Source: Hyphomicrobiales bacterium (GTDB lineage Bacteria > Pseudomonadota > Alphaproteobacteria > Rhizobiales > Beijerinckiaceae). Taken from it: a stretch of 64,000 bases of DNA. The position numbers and the translations under genes were made by a program. The notes under the pieces are model-generated. The model was not told the DNA's origin and did no database searches. It saw only the letters and a program-made list of their open reading frames with translations. Each line of letters starts with the position of its first letter. Positions within the stretch are counted from its first letter, which is position 1. The stretch is taken from positions 319 through 64,318 of the forward strand of contig CANGPA010000005.1 of NCBI GenBank assembly GCA_947455645.1, read 5' to 3'. Positions 31,439 through 41,562 of the stretch are shown here, one piece after another.

Positions 31439-32503
31439 CTACGGAATGAGGCCGATCGAACGCGGCAAAATCACGCGAAATACGGAGCCCTTACCGGGCT
31501 CACTCTCAACCACCAGCCGACCCCGATGCCGGTTGATAATGTGCTTGACGATGGCCAATCCCAACCCCGTGCCGCCACTTTCACGGCTGGCCGACGCATC
31601 GACGCGATAAAAGCGCTCGGTCAAACGGGGCAGATGCTCGGAGGCAATGCCGGACCCATAGTCCCGAATAGCAATGGTCACGTCATCGCTGCCCTCGGAC
31701 GCTCGGGTTGATATCTCGACCCGCTTACCGGCCTGGCCATATTTAATGGCATTCTCTACGAGATTTTCGACCACGCGCATCATCTCATCGCGATCAGCCG
31801 GAATGATAAGCGGCGTCTCCGATGCTTGAAGGTCGAGCGTCACCCCGCGCGAAGACGCGAGCGGTCTGAGTGTATCGACCGCCTGCTGAACCACGGGACC
31901 GAGATCGATGAGGTCAGCCGGACGGCGATGCTCGCTCATCTCGACGCGCGAGAGCGACAAGAGATCATCGATCAAGCGCGCCATACGTCGGCCTTGCTCG
32001 CGCATAATGCCCAAAAAGCGCGTTTGCGCGTCGGGATCTGATCGCGCAGGGCCCTGCAGCGTCTCGATGAAACCGATCAGCGACGCGAGCGGCGTGCGCA
32101 ATTCATGACTGGCATTGGCCACGAAATCGACGCGCATGGATTCGATGCGGCGCATCTCTGTAAGATCCCGCAAGATGAGGATCGCCGCCGGTGCCGTGCG
32201 CGGTGTTGCGGCGGGACTGGTCGAAAAAGCGCGCACGCGAAATGAGAAGTCGCGTTCAACCGGAAGGCGCTCCGAAAACGCCCCTTCTCGTTCGAGCGCC
32301 CCATCCCGCAAAACGGCATCGAGCGCATCGATCAGATCAGGCGCGCGCAAGGTAAATGACAAGGGCGCGCCCACAACGAGCGCAGGCCAAACAAGGCGCG
32401 CAGCCTGATTGATGAACACGATGACTTTGCGCCCATCCACCAGAATGACGGGATCCGGTAACGCTTCAAGCGCTTCAGAAAGCAGGGATGAGGATTGATC
32501 CAT
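31439..32503 (-). CDS. phoR: phosphate regulon sensor kinase PhoR, cytoplasmic form (PAS-DHp-CA, no TM segment)
   Basis: FVANASHELRTPL H-box and GTGLGLAIVKHI G2 box. It is adjacent to the pst genes. The ATG at 32503 is preferred over 32587, which overlaps the upstream gene. Confidence 0.85.
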   Translation of the reverse strand: MDQSSSLLSEALEALPDPVILVDGRKVIVFINQAARLVWPALVVGAPLSFTLRAPDLIDALDAVLRDGALEREGAFSERLPVERDFSFRVRAFSTSPAATPRTAPAAILILRDLTEMRRIESMRVDFVANASHELRTPLASLIGFIETLQGPARSDPDAQTRFLGIMREQGRRMARLIDDLLSLSRVEMSEHRRPADLIDLGPVVQQAVDTLRPLASSRGVTLDLQASETPLIIPADRDEMMRVVENLVENAIKYGQAGKRVEISTRASEGSDDVTIAIRDYGSGIASEHLPRLTERFYRVDASASRESGGTGLGLAIVKHIINRHRGRLVVESEPGKGSVFRVILPRSIGLIP

Positions 32504-32522
32504 GATCCCGTACTCGCTTTGT

Positions 32523-33563
32523 TTAATGGTCTGTCTCATGGCCTGAAACACGGGCACGAGTCCGTGACAGGCGCATGACGATTTCATAGATGCCGAGCGT
32601 TACAACGGCGAGAATAAACGGACCCAGATAGTAACACAGGCGAAACAGCAGCAAGGCGCCGATCAAGCCCTCGCGCGGCAGCGAATGAAAGGCGAGGAGC
32701 ATGGTGGCCTCAAACACGCCAAGGCCACCGGGCGCATTGCTCACAACGCCTAAAATACAAGCGAAGGCATAGACCGCGGCAAAGGTTTCAAACGCGATGC
32801 CATGCCCCTCGGGCAGCAACACATAAAGCACCGCTGCCGCCGCGCAGACATCGGCAGCCCCAAGCGCCAATTGACCGAGCGACACGCTGAGCGTGGGCAA
32901 TTCGATCAGAAAGCTGCGAATGCGCATATGACGCCGCTTTGCGGCCGTCCAGACGAGATAGACCAGAATCCCCGACAGCACCGCCATGCCGAACAATTGA
33001 TTGAGCGAAGCCGTGGCCTGATTAATCAAAGAGATCGCTTCGGATTGCCACATCAAGCCGATGCCCACGACCACCGCCATGCCGAGAATAAACGTCATGC
33101 CCGCAATCAGGGTGAGACTGACGACTTTGGATGAGGGAATATTGGCGGCGGAATAAATCCAGTAGCGCACAGTACCCGCCGTCAGCCACGGAAAGCCGAG
33201 CGTGAAGGAAATCGCATAGCTTGTGAAAGAAGCGAAAGCGATCCGCGCCGGATGCGCTGTGATGTTTAATTGCCGCATCGCGAGCGCGTCGTAACCCGTC
33301 AGGAAAACATAGCTCAGCGCGGTGAAGAGAATGGCCAGACCGATCTGCTCGCGTCCGGCTTTGCGAAACGCTTCGACGACATCATCCGGTTTGACCTCGC
33401 CCGCGATGCGGTAAAGCACATAAAGCGCGGCGAGAAAGAGCGCGATGCTGGCCAGCGCGCCAAACAGCGACTTATGCCGACCAGACTTGCCCATGTTTTT
33501 CCCGTCCTCGGGCAGAGGCGACGGATGGGATGAGGGGGAATGAGACGGGTGAGGGTCCGGCAT
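32523..33563 (-). CDS. multi-pass membrane protein, flippase-like / LPG-synthase-TM (UPF0104) type
   Basis: About eight hydrophobic segments by eye. The N-terminus KSLFGALASIALFLAALYVLYR...GYDALAMRQL resembles PF03706-type proteins from memory. Alternative start ATG 33494. Confidence 0.55.
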   Translation of the reverse strand: MPDPHPSHSPSSHPSPLPEDGKNMGKSGRHKSLFGALASIALFLAALYVLYRIAGEVKPDDVVEAFRKAGREQIGLAILFTALSYVFLTGYDALAMRQLNITAHPARIAFASFTSYAISFTLGFPWLTAGTVRYWIYSAANIPSSKVVSLTLIAGMTFILGMAVVVGIGLMWQSEAISLINQATASLNQLFGMAVLSGILVYLVWTAAKRRHMRIRSFLIELPTLSVSLGQLALGAADVCAAAAVLYVLLPEGHGIAFETFAAVYAFACILGVVSNAPGGLGVFEATMLLAFHSLPREGLIGALLLFRLCYYLGPFILAVVTLGIYEIVMRLSRTRARVSGHETDH

Positions 33564-33644
33564 AGCGTCGACGCAAGGGCCCTCGAGCGGGGCGGAGCCC
33601 GTTCTATGGCCGCTCGAAGCGGCGAAAGCAAGGCAAGCCCGGGC

Positions 33645-34736
33645 TCAACCGGATGCCAGTGCCTCAAGAACATCCGCAGCAATGCCCAATTGAACACCGG
33701 CGGCGACAATCTGCGCCCAGCTGGCGGGATCGACCGGAATCCCGTCTTTCAGCCGCTCCGCGCGGGTCTGACGCTCCGGATCACCCGGCAATAACACGCT
33801 TGGCGACGCGCCCGGCGCCGGTGTCTGCACCCAGCGGATCATGGATTCGAGCTCGGCCAAATAGCTCGGCGCGGTGCCGATCCGGTCCGGTGCGATCAGG
33901 ATGGACAGCATATTGTTGATGATCGCCTTCTGCGTCACCGGCCCTTTGATCGCCTGACCGCCGGTCAAGGCGCCCGCCAGCGCCTCGCAGGCGAAAGCCA
34001 AAGTCCAGCCCTTATGCTCGCCGAAGGGCAAAATCGCGCCGCGTGGGTCTTCAAACAACACCGCCGGATCATTGGTCGGATGCCCCGCCGCATCGATCAA
34101 AGTTCCCGGAGGAACGGCGACGCCTTTGTTATACGCGACGCGAATTTTGCCATGCGCCAAGCGGCTCGTCGCAAAATCAACGATGACCGGCTCGTGGCCA
34201 TCGCGTGGAATACCGATGGCAATCGGATTGGTCACGACGCGCGCTTGCGTGCCGCCAAAAGGCGCGACCACCGGTTCAGCCACCACATTCACAAAATGGA
34301 TGGAGACAAGACCTTGAGCCGCGCATTGCTCCGCCCAATGACCGATGCGGCCGATGTGATGGCTGTTGCGCAACGCGACGATTGAAGACCCGCTTTGTTT
34401 GGCGCGCGCGATACCGAGATCCATGGCATCATGCGCAATGGTCTGGCCAAGACCCGACCCACCTTCCACCACAAGCGTTGTGCCGGTTTCAGAAATGATT
34501 TCAGGCGTCGCATTGAGAACGAGTTCTCTGACGGACAGCGACGCGATATAGGCCGGAATCATTCCGATACCATGCGAGTCATGACCCTTCAGATTCGCTT
34601 CGATCAAATGGTCGGCGAGAAGATCGCATTCGCGCGCGTTCGATCCGGCAACGGCAAAGATTTTCCGCGCCACCGCTTTCAGATTGTCAGCGCGAATTCT
34701 TTTTTCTTGTTTTGTTGAATTTTCTTGGCTTGCCAT
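33645..34736 (-). CDS. Ldh_2-family (malate/L-lactate/ureidoglycolate-type) dehydrogenase
   Basis: GHDSHGIGMIPAY and NSHHIGRIGHW motifs. Start ATG 34736 or 34781. Confidence 0.75.
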   Translation of the reverse strand: MASQENSTKQEKRIRADNLKAVARKIFAVAGSNARECDLLADHLIEANLKGHDSHGIGMIPAYIASLSVRELVLNATPEIISETGTTLVVEGGSGLGQTIAHDAMDLGIARAKQSGSSIVALRNSHHIGRIGHWAEQCAAQGLVSIHFVNVVAEPVVAPFGGTQARVVTNPIAIGIPRDGHEPVIVDFATSRLAHGKIRVAYNKGVAVPPGTLIDAAGHPTNDPAVLFEDPRGAILPFGEHKGWTLAFACEALAGALTGGQAIKGPVTQKAIINNMLSILIAPDRIGTAPSYLAELESMIRWVQTPAPGASPSVLLPGDPERQTRAERLKDGIPVDPASWAQIVAAGVQLGIAADVLEALASG

Positions 34737-34767
34737 GGTCTTTGTCCACTCTGATTGGCTCGACGAA

Positions 34768-36354
34768 TTACGCCGCCTCATCTTTGACTTGATAGTCTTT
34801 CACATCGGTGATCGTGATCTGAGGCCAGCGTTCATGTTCATAATTCAACGTAAAGGCAGAGGGTGCGAGGAACACCGGCGCGCCATCCAAATCATGCGCA
34901 ATCGATGAACCATGCGAATCAATAAATTTCTGCAATTCAATTTTGTCTTGGCTTGAAATCCAGCGACAGATTGAAAAGCGCGTGGGTTCAAGTTCAATCG
35001 GCAATCCATATTCCGCGTGCAAGCGCTCAATCAACACATCCAACTGCAACGCACCGACAACGCCCACAATCGCACCCGATCCATCGAGCGGATTAAAGAG
35101 CTGCACAACGCCTTCTTCAGCCAATTGTTGCAGGGCTTCTTTGAGTTTCTTGGCCTTCATCGCGTCTTTCAAACGCACGCGCCGCAAAATTTCCGGCGCG
35201 AAGCTCGGCACACCGCGAAACACCAGATCTTCACCTTCGGTCAGCGTATCGCCAATGCGCAATGTGCCGTGATTGGGAAGACCAACCACATCACCCGCAA
35301 AGGCTTCTTCTGCGAGCAAGCGATCGCGCGCGAAAAAGAATTGCGGTGCATTCACCGGCACAGCTTTTCCGGTGCGCACGAGCTTGGCTTTCATCCCGCG
35401 CTCCAACCGGCCCGAGCAGACGCGAATAAAGGCGATGCGGTCGCGATGATTGGGATCCATATTCGCCTGAATCTTGAACACGAATCCGGTCATCTTTGCT
35501 TCTTGCGCATCCACAACACGCGTGGCGGCGGCTTGCGCGCGCGGCGGCGGTGCAATCGCGGCCATCGCATCAATCAGATCCCGCACGCCAAATTCACGCA
35601 AAGCCGAGCCGAAAAATACCGGCGTCAAATGACCCTCGCGAAACGCCTCAAGATCAAAGGGACGGCATGCATCGGCGGCAAGCGCAATCTCCTCGCGAAA
35701 CGCGTCGCGCTCATGCGCCGGCAAGAGATCGGCCAGACGCGGATCATCCGGACCGTCCACAGGCAGAGCCTCGGAATCCTTGTCCACTTTGCGGATCACG
35801 CGCCGGGTGAAATCATAAGTTCCGGCGAAATTTTTACCGCGGCCAATCGGCCATGTCGCCGGCGCCGTATCAAGCGCCAATGTCTTTTCGATCTCGTCCA
35901 GAAGATCGAACGGATCACGCGTTTCGCGGTCCATCTTGTTGATGAACGTCACGATGGGGATGTCGCGCAAGCGGCAGACTTCGAACAATTTGCGCGTGCG
36001 CGCCTCGATACCCTTGGCGGCATCGATCACCATCACGGCGGAGTCGACCGCCGTCAGCGTCCGGTAGGTGTCTTCGGAGAAATCCTCATGGCCGGGCGTA
36101 TCGAGCAGGTTGAACACGCAATCGGCATATTCGAAGGTCATCACGGAGGTGACGACCGAGATGCCGCGCGCCCGCTCGATCCCCATCCAGTCCGAGCGGG
36201 TCTGTGCGCCGCCGCGGCGCGCCTTGACCTCACCGGCAAGCTGGATTGCCCCGCCCATGAGCAGGAGCTTCTCGGTCAAAGTCGTCTTGCCCGCGTCCGG
36301 ATGCGAAATAATCGCGAATGTCCGCCGCCGCCCAGCCTCGGTCTCTAAGGTCAT
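34768..36354 (-). CDS. prfC: peptide chain release factor 3
   Basis: RTFAIISHPDAGKTTLTEKLL G1 region, 528 aa. Confidence 0.95.
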   Translation of the reverse strand: MTLETEAGRRRTFAIISHPDAGKTTLTEKLLLMGGAIQLAGEVKARRGGAQTRSDWMGIERARGISVVTSVMTFEYADCVFNLLDTPGHEDFSEDTYRTLTAVDSAVMVIDAAKGIEARTRKLFEVCRLRDIPIVTFINKMDRETRDPFDLLDEIEKTLALDTAPATWPIGRGKNFAGTYDFTRRVIRKVDKDSEALPVDGPDDPRLADLLPAHERDAFREEIALAADACRPFDLEAFREGHLTPVFFGSALREFGVRDLIDAMAAIAPPPRAQAAATRVVDAQEAKMTGFVFKIQANMDPNHRDRIAFIRVCSGRLERGMKAKLVRTGKAVPVNAPQFFFARDRLLAEEAFAGDVVGLPNHGTLRIGDTLTEGEDLVFRGVPSFAPEILRRVRLKDAMKAKKLKEALQQLAEEGVVQLFNPLDGSGAIVGVVGALQLDVLIERLHAEYGLPIELEPTRFSICRWISSQDKIELQKFIDSHGSSIAHDLDGAPVFLAPSAFTLNYEHERWPQITITDVKDYQVKDEAA

Positions 36355-36752
36355 ATTTGCTCAGGGGTCATGTCGGGCGCGCGATCCCCCGCACCGATGC
36401 GGGAGATACCGGCCTCATGCCTCAGGCGGAGATAGTCGGGATGAGCCGCCCGATCAATGAAAAAGCCGTTCAGCGCCCAGAATTAAGCGCAGCGCGTCCT
36501 CGTCCCCAAAAAACTTCAACTGCGCGCCTGTTCAAATTTTAGGCGGTTTATCTTGCGCCCGTTAACCCTCACTCGCTGTTCAACGCGAGTTCGCGGCTTT
36601 TCACGATTTTTGATCGCAGAAATACCAATGAATAGGGATGCCATCTCTCACGGCAGCGGCTTTTTCTCAATATCCGAAAATTTTTTGGATTTCTTCGTAC
36701 CGTTTTATGGTTACGCCTAAGCTAAACGTATGAGGACAGCAATCGGTCGATC

Positions 36753-37100
36753 ATGAGTCAGAGTAAAGGCGAGATAAATATAAGCGATCTCGCGCGACGT
36801 CGGCGTATGTTGATCGAAATCGAACGCAGCTTTTTCAAAAGCCGCACCAATACCAGCATTGAAATCCTAACTTTGCTTGCCGAAAGTGATTTTTCAGCAC
36901 GTCTGTCGGATATTTATGAGCAAACCAAAGCAACCGATGTATCGGTGCGCCAGCATCTGCGCGCGCTTGAACGGTTAAGGCTGATCGAGACGGTGGACGT
37001 GACCGAAGATCGCCGCGCGAAGATCATCGTTATGACCGATCACGGACGCGCGCATTTGCTCGACTATGCCAAGCACCTTGCCGTTATTCTGACGCGCTGA
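36753..37100 (+). CDS. small winged-helix (MarR/ArsR-like) transcriptional regulator
   Basis: 115 aa. VSVRQHLRALERLRLIETVDVTEDRRAKIIVMTDHGRAHL looks like a wHTH recognition helix plus wing. The gene is visibly more A+T-rich than its neighbours. Confidence 0.55.
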   Translation: MSQSKGEINISDLARRRRMLIEIERSFFKSRTNTSIEILTLLAESDFSARLSDIYEQTKATDVSVRQHLRALERLRLIETVDVTEDRRAKIIVMTDHGRAHLLDYAKHLAVILTR

Positions 37101-37114
37101 GGGCGAATGCCGAT

Positions 37115-38221
37115 CTATGCCGTTTTGAAATGCTTGGAGAGCTTCAAGCCTTGCGCCTGGTAATTTGACCCCAGCCCCTTGCCATAAAGCACATCCGGCA
37201 GCGCTATCATATGTTCATAGACAAGACGGCCCACCGTCTGCCCGTCCTCGATGATGAAGGGCACATCGCGCGAACGGACTTCTAGCACGGCGCGGCTACC
37301 GGCCCCGCCGCTTTCCGCATGTCCAAAGCCCGGATCAAAAAAACCGGCATAATGGACGCGGAACTCGCCCACCAGCGGATCAAACGGCGTCATCTCGGCT
37401 GCATGATCGGGTGGCACCTGCACCGCCTCTTTCGAGGCGAGGATATAAAACTGGCCCGGATCGAGAATGAGATCGCGCGCCGCATTGGCGTAAAGCGGAT
37501 CCCAATACTCATCCACGGCACAGGTGCCGACGCGATCAACATCAATCAACGCCGTATGGCGCTTGGCGCGATAACCAATCAGATTTTGTGCGCCGAACCC
37601 TTTGAGATCGACGCTCACAGCAATGCCGTTCTGGATCGATGGTTCGGATGAGGTAACGAGCGGATCGCGTCTGTGAAGCGCGCGCAGCGCCTCATCATCC
37701 AACCGTGGCTGACCTTTGCGGAACCGCACTTGCGACAGACGCGAGCCCGTGCGCACGAGCACCGGAAACGTGCGTGGTGAAATTTCAAGATAGAGCGGAC
37801 CTTTATAGCCCGGCTCGATCTGATCAAATTCGCGCGCGCGGTCGGCAATCAACCGCGTGAACACATCAAGCCGTCCGGTTGAACTTTTCGGATTGGCCGA
37901 TGCCGGAAGCCCTTGCGGCAGCGCGAGCGATTCCAGGCATTCGGCGATATACACCGCGCCGGTCTCGAGCACCGCGCCATTCGTCAGATCGATCTCATGC
38001 AAAGCGACGCGATCAAGCCGGTCACGCACCGTGTGATTTTGTCCGGGTAGAAAACTCGCACGCAAACGCCACACACGCTGGCCCAAGCGCAGATCAAGAC
38101 TTGCAGGTTGAATCTGACCTTCCGCAAAGGGACGATCCGTTATGATCGCGCCTGCGGCATGCAAGGCCCGAATATCTTGCGAGGGCAGAATGCCATCGGA
38201 GCCGGACACCGCCATGATCAT
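37115..38221 (-). CDS. dcd: 2'-deoxycytidine 5'-triphosphate deaminase, tandem-domain (long) form
   Basis: Two Dcd/dUTPase-fold halves. The second half, PGQFYILASKEAVQVPPDHAAEM...FFDPGFG...VLEVRSRDVPFIIEDGQTVGRL, parallels E. coli Dcd. The ATG at 38221 overlaps the fabI TGA. Confidence 0.75.
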   Translation of the reverse strand: MIMAVSGSDGILPSQDIRALHAAGAIITDRPFAEGQIQPASLDLRLGQRVWRLRASFLPGQNHTVRDRLDRVALHEIDLTNGAVLETGAVYIAECLESLALPQGLPASANPKSSTGRLDVFTRLIADRAREFDQIEPGYKGPLYLEISPRTFPVLVRTGSRLSQVRFRKGQPRLDDEALRALHRRDPLVTSSEPSIQNGIAVSVDLKGFGAQNLIGYRAKRHTALIDVDRVGTCAVDEYWDPLYANAARDLILDPGQFYILASKEAVQVPPDHAAEMTPFDPLVGEFRVHYAGFFDPGFGHAESGGAGSRAVLEVRSRDVPFIIEDGQTVGRLVYEHMIALPDVLYGKGLGSNYQAQGLKLSKHFKTA

Positions 38222-39069
38222 CACTCTGCCGCGTGACCGGCAAGCCGTGCTTCGGCTGCGGTTTCGGCATCATCAACGGTCTTCAACGCTTCCGGATGCG
38301 GCATCGAAATGATGTTGTATCCGGAATCAACAAAATGGATTTCGCCGGTGACGCCCGTCGACAGATCCGAGAGAAGATAAAGCGCAGAGCCGCCGATCTC
38401 GTCGATTGAAACCGTACGACGCAAAGGCGCATGACGCTTTTGATAATTGAACATCAAACGCGCATCCGCGATGCCCGCACCGGCTAATGTGCGCACAGGG
38501 CCTGCCGAAATCGCATTCACGCGGATATTATCGGGACCAAAATCGCCTGCGAGATAACGAACAGAGGCTTCAAGTGCGGCCTTTGCTACACCCATGACAT
38601 TGTAATTGGGCATCACGCGCGTGGCACCACCATAAGTGAGCGTCACCATCGCGCCGCCGGCCGTCATCAAAGGAGCGGCACGCTTGGCGATCTCAACAAA
38701 AGAGAAACACGAAATCAGCATGGTGCGTGAGAAATTTTCGCGCGTCGTATCGGCAAAACGGCCCTTCAATTCCGACTTGTCAGAGAAAGCGATCGCATGA
38801 ACGAGAAAATCGATTTTGCCCCAGGTGTTTTTGATCGTGTCGAATACGGCATCAACGGATGCCAGATCCTCAACATCGCAAGGCAGCAAAAATTTTGATC
38901 CGACTTCGGAAGCCAGCGGTTCCACGCGCTTTTTGAGCGCATCACCTTGATAGGTGAAGGCCAATTCAGCGCCATGGTCAGCCAAGGTTTTGGCTATGCC
39001 CCACGCAATCGAATGATCATTCGCAACGCCCATCACAAGGCCGCGTTTTCCTGCCATCAATCCGCTCAT
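38221..39069 (-). CDS. fabI: enoyl-ACP reductase (NADH)
   Basis: GKRGLVMGVANDHSIAWGIAK N-terminus with SDR-type Y/K catalytic residues. Confidence 0.92.
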   Translation of the reverse strand: MSGLMAGKRGLVMGVANDHSIAWGIAKTLADHGAELAFTYQGDALKKRVEPLASEVGSKFLLPCDVEDLASVDAVFDTIKNTWGKIDFLVHAIAFSDKSELKGRFADTTRENFSRTMLISCFSFVEIAKRAAPLMTAGGAMVTLTYGGATRVMPNYNVMGVAKAALEASVRYLAGDFGPDNIRVNAISAGPVRTLAGAGIADARLMFNYQKRHAPLRRTVSIDEIGGSALYLLSDLSTGVTGEIHFVDSGYNIISMPHPEALKTVDDAETAAEARLAGHAAE

Positions 39070-39105
39070 GAACCCGCTCCTCGTGTCGCAACGACTGATG
39101 AAAGA

Positions 39106-40326
39106 TCAAGCCTCAAGCCGCTTCAGAACAATCGTTGCATTGGTGCCGCCAAAGCCGAATGAATTCGACAAGACCGCCCCGATCTTTGCATTGTCGATGC
39201 GCTTGCGAACAATCGGCATATCGGCAATGTCCGGATCAATTTCTTCGATATTCGCGCTCTCGCAGATGAAGCCATTATTCATCATCAGCATCGAATAGAT
39301 CGCTTCCTGCACACCGGTTGCACCGAGCGAATGACCGGTCAGCGATTTCGTCGCTGAAATCGGTGGGCAGTTCGCACCAAACACTTCGCGGATCGCTTCG
39401 ATTTCTTTGATGTCGCCGACGGGTGTCGATGTGGCATGGGGATTGATGTAATCAATCGGCACGCGAACGGTTGCGAGCGCTTGCTTCATGCAACGCACCG
39501 CGCCCTCACCCGACGGCGCAACCATGTCATAGCCATCCGATGTTGCGCCATAGCCAACAATCTCGGCATAGATTTTTGCGCCGCGGGCTTTCGCATGCTC
39601 GAGTTCTTCAAGCACAACAACACCCGCACCACCCGCGATCACAAAGCCGTCGCGATTTTTGTCATAGGCGCGCGACGCGGTTTTCGGCGTGTCATTATAT
39701 TTCGATGACATTGCGCCCATCGCGTCGAACAATTCCGATAAAGTCCAATCAAGCTCTTCGCAGCCGCCTGCGAAGACCATATCCTGTTTGCCCCATTGAA
39801 TGAGCTCATAGGCATTGCCGATGCAGTGATTGGACGTCGCGCAGGCCGACGAGATCGAATAATTCACGCCCTTGATTTTGAACCAAGTGGCGAGCGTTGC
39901 CGATGCCGTGGACGACATCGCCTTCGGCACCGCGAAGGGTCCGATGCGCTTAGGCCCGCCCTTTTCGCGCGTAATGTCTGCGGCTTCCACGATGGTGCGG
40001 GCGGACGGACCACCCGAGCCCATCACAATGCCGGTGCGTTCATTCGAAATATCGCGCTCTTCAAGACCGGCATCCAAAATCGCCTGATCCATGGCGACAT
40101 GATTCCAAGCCGAGCCCAGCGCATGAAACCGCATGGCGCGACGATCGACAATCTCTGCAGGATCGAGGCTCGGCGCGCCATGAACCTGACAACGAAAGCC
40201 GAGTTCGGCATAGCGGTCTGCACGGATCACGCCGGACTTCGCCTCATAGAGAGAGGCGAGAACTTCCTGCGTGTTGTTGCCGATCGAGGACACAATGCCC
40301 ATGCCGGTGACGACGACGCGTCTCAT
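39106..40326 (-). CDS. fabB: beta-ketoacyl-ACP synthase I
   Basis: [17 protein letters not shown], active-site SSACATS and C-terminal [10 protein letters not shown]. It lies downstream of fabA. AAGGAG RBS. Confidence 0.9.
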   Translation of the reverse strand: MRRVVVTGMGIVSSIGNNTQEVLASLYEAKSGVIRADRYAELGFRCQVHGAPSLDPAEIVDRRAMRFHALGSAWNHVAMDQAILDAGLEERDISNERTGIVMGSGGPSARTIVEAADITREKGGPKRIGPFAVPKAMSSTASATLATWFKIKGVNYSISSACATSNHCIGNAYELIQWGKQDMVFAGGCEELDWTLSELFDAMGAMSSKYNDTPKTASRAYDKNRDGFVIAGGAGVVVLEELEHAKARGAKIYAEIVGYGATSDGYDMVAPSGEGAVRCMKQALATVRVPIDYINPHATSTPVGDIKEIEAIREVFGANCPPISATKSLTGHSLGATGVQEAIYSMLMMNNGFICESANIEEIDPDIADMPIVRKRIDNAKIGAVLSNSFGFGGTNATIVLKRLEA

Positions 40327-40394
40327 GCTGGTCTCCTTTATGATGAGGAAGCGCGCAGCGCGCTGCATCATCCCGATGTGAGAAATGCCGCGTG

Positions 40395-40901
40395 TTACGC
40401 GGTCTTGAACAGTCCGACCCGAAGATCATGGGCCTCATAAATCTTGCGGCCATCGGCTTCAAGGGTGCCATCCGCGATACCCAGAACGAGTTTAGAGCGG
40501 AACACCCGTTTCAAATTCACCGTATAGACCACTTGTTTCACTGTGGGCAGAACCTGATCAACGAATTTCACTTCGCCGACGCCCAGCGCGCGGCCACGGC
40601 CTTCGGCCCCGAGCCAGCCCAGGAAAAAGCCGCAAAGCTGCCAGAGCGCATCGAGCCCGAGGCAGCCCGGCATTACGGGATCGCCCTGAAAATGGCAGGG
40701 AAAGAACCAGAGATCGGGTCTGATCGCGAATTCCGCGCGGATGAGACCCTTGCCGAATTCGCCGCCGGTTTCCGAGACTTCGGCAATCCGGTCAAACATC
40801 AGCATCGGGGGAAGCGGCAATTGGGCGTTGCCCGGACCAAACAGCTCGCCACGTCCGCAAGCGAGAAGGTCCTCATACTCAAAAGAAGAACGCCTATCCA
40901 T
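40395..40901 (-). CDS. fabA: 3-hydroxydecanoyl-ACP dehydratase/isomerase
   Basis: [24 protein letters not shown]. Confidence 0.93.
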   Translation of the reverse strand: MDRRSSFEYEDLLACGRGELFGPGNAQLPLPPMLMFDRIAEVSETGGEFGKGLIRAEFAIRPDLWFFPCHFQGDPVMPGCLGLDALWQLCGFFLGWLGAEGRGRALGVGEVKFVDQVLPTVKQVVYTVNLKRVFRSKLVLGIADGTLEADGRKIYEAHDLRVGLFKTA

Positions 40902-41070
40902 ACTCCGCCCCGTTGTGTCCCATCGTTTCCGCACCAAAGGGCGCTCAAATCACGCCCTCATTCCCTCTTAACTTGTTCCGTAACACAGCGGAACAGCCAC
41001 TGAAAGGCCACAGTCCGGTTGCAGGAACGGGTTCTAACGCCTATTCTCTGGTAATTGGTTCAATAGCACC

Positions 41071-41553
41071 GTGGATAAGATCTTGGCCGCTCAAGACACA
41101 CAGACTGCGACCCGCCCCGCGACGGCCTCCGTCGGCGGCACAGGTTGCGTTGTCAGTCGGGTGAAATCGCGGCTTCAGGCGGCCGGATTGCGGCCAACGC
41201 GCCAGCGCATGGGGCTGGGTTGGCTCTTATTTGCCCAAGGCGATCGCCATTTAACGGCCGAAGGGCTTTATGAGGAGGCGCGCAAGGCACGCGTACCGGT
41301 CTCATTGGCCACAGTCTATAATACGCTCCACCAATTCACCGAGGCCGGTCTGATCCGCGAAGTCGCGGTTGAGGGATCAAAGACCTATTTCGATACGAAT
41401 GCGGCCAATCACCACCATTTCTTCATCGAGGGTGAAAACCGGCTCATCGACATTGAAGGCAGCGATATTGCGGTCGCAACCCTGCCCAACGTGCCCGACG
41501 GTATGGAAATCGCCCGCGTGGATGTGGTTGTCCGCCTCCGCCGCAAGGCCTGA
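41071..41553 (+). CDS. irr: Fur-family iron response regulator Irr
   Basis: Fur-like wHTH (PTRQRMGLGWLLF...ATVYNTLHQFTEAGLIREV) and an HHH motif (ANHHHFF). It is divergent from fabA, as in other Alphaproteobacteria. GTG start. Confidence 0.8.
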   Translation: MDKILAAQDTQTATRPATASVGGTGCVVSRVKSRLQAAGLRPTRQRMGLGWLLFAQGDRHLTAEGLYEEARKARVPVSLATVYNTLHQFTEAGLIREVAVEGSKTYFDTNAANHHHFFIEGENRLIDIEGSDIAVATLPNVPDGMEIARVDVVVRLRRKA

Positions 41554-41562
41554 TTGGCCCGA

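Noticed and set aside
32504-32587. The longer PhoR start at 32587, or a frameshifted fusion of the upstream membrane protein with PhoR.
   Set aside because: The extension (MKSSCACHGLVPVFQAMRQTIKQSEYGI) overlaps the upstream gene by 65 nt and looks non-protein-like. The two genes are in different frames with a clean stop and a downstream ATG, so there is no positive evidence for a pseudogene or fusion.
37115-38221. dCTP deaminase as a nucleotide-depletion anti-phage defence gene.
   Set aside because: It is the dUTPase-fold Dcd type (tandem-domain long form), not the zinc cytidine-deaminase-type defence enzyme. It is translationally coupled to fabI inside a housekeeping fabA-fabB-fabI cluster, and a normal dut is also present.
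40974-40995. The inverted repeat TGTTCCG-N8-CGGAACA in the fabA/irr spacer, considered as an Irr (ICE) box or a fatty-acid regulator site.
   Set aside because: It does not match the ICE motif (TTTAGAA-N3-TTCTAAA-like) as I remember it. A 7-bp stem is too short to distinguish from chance.
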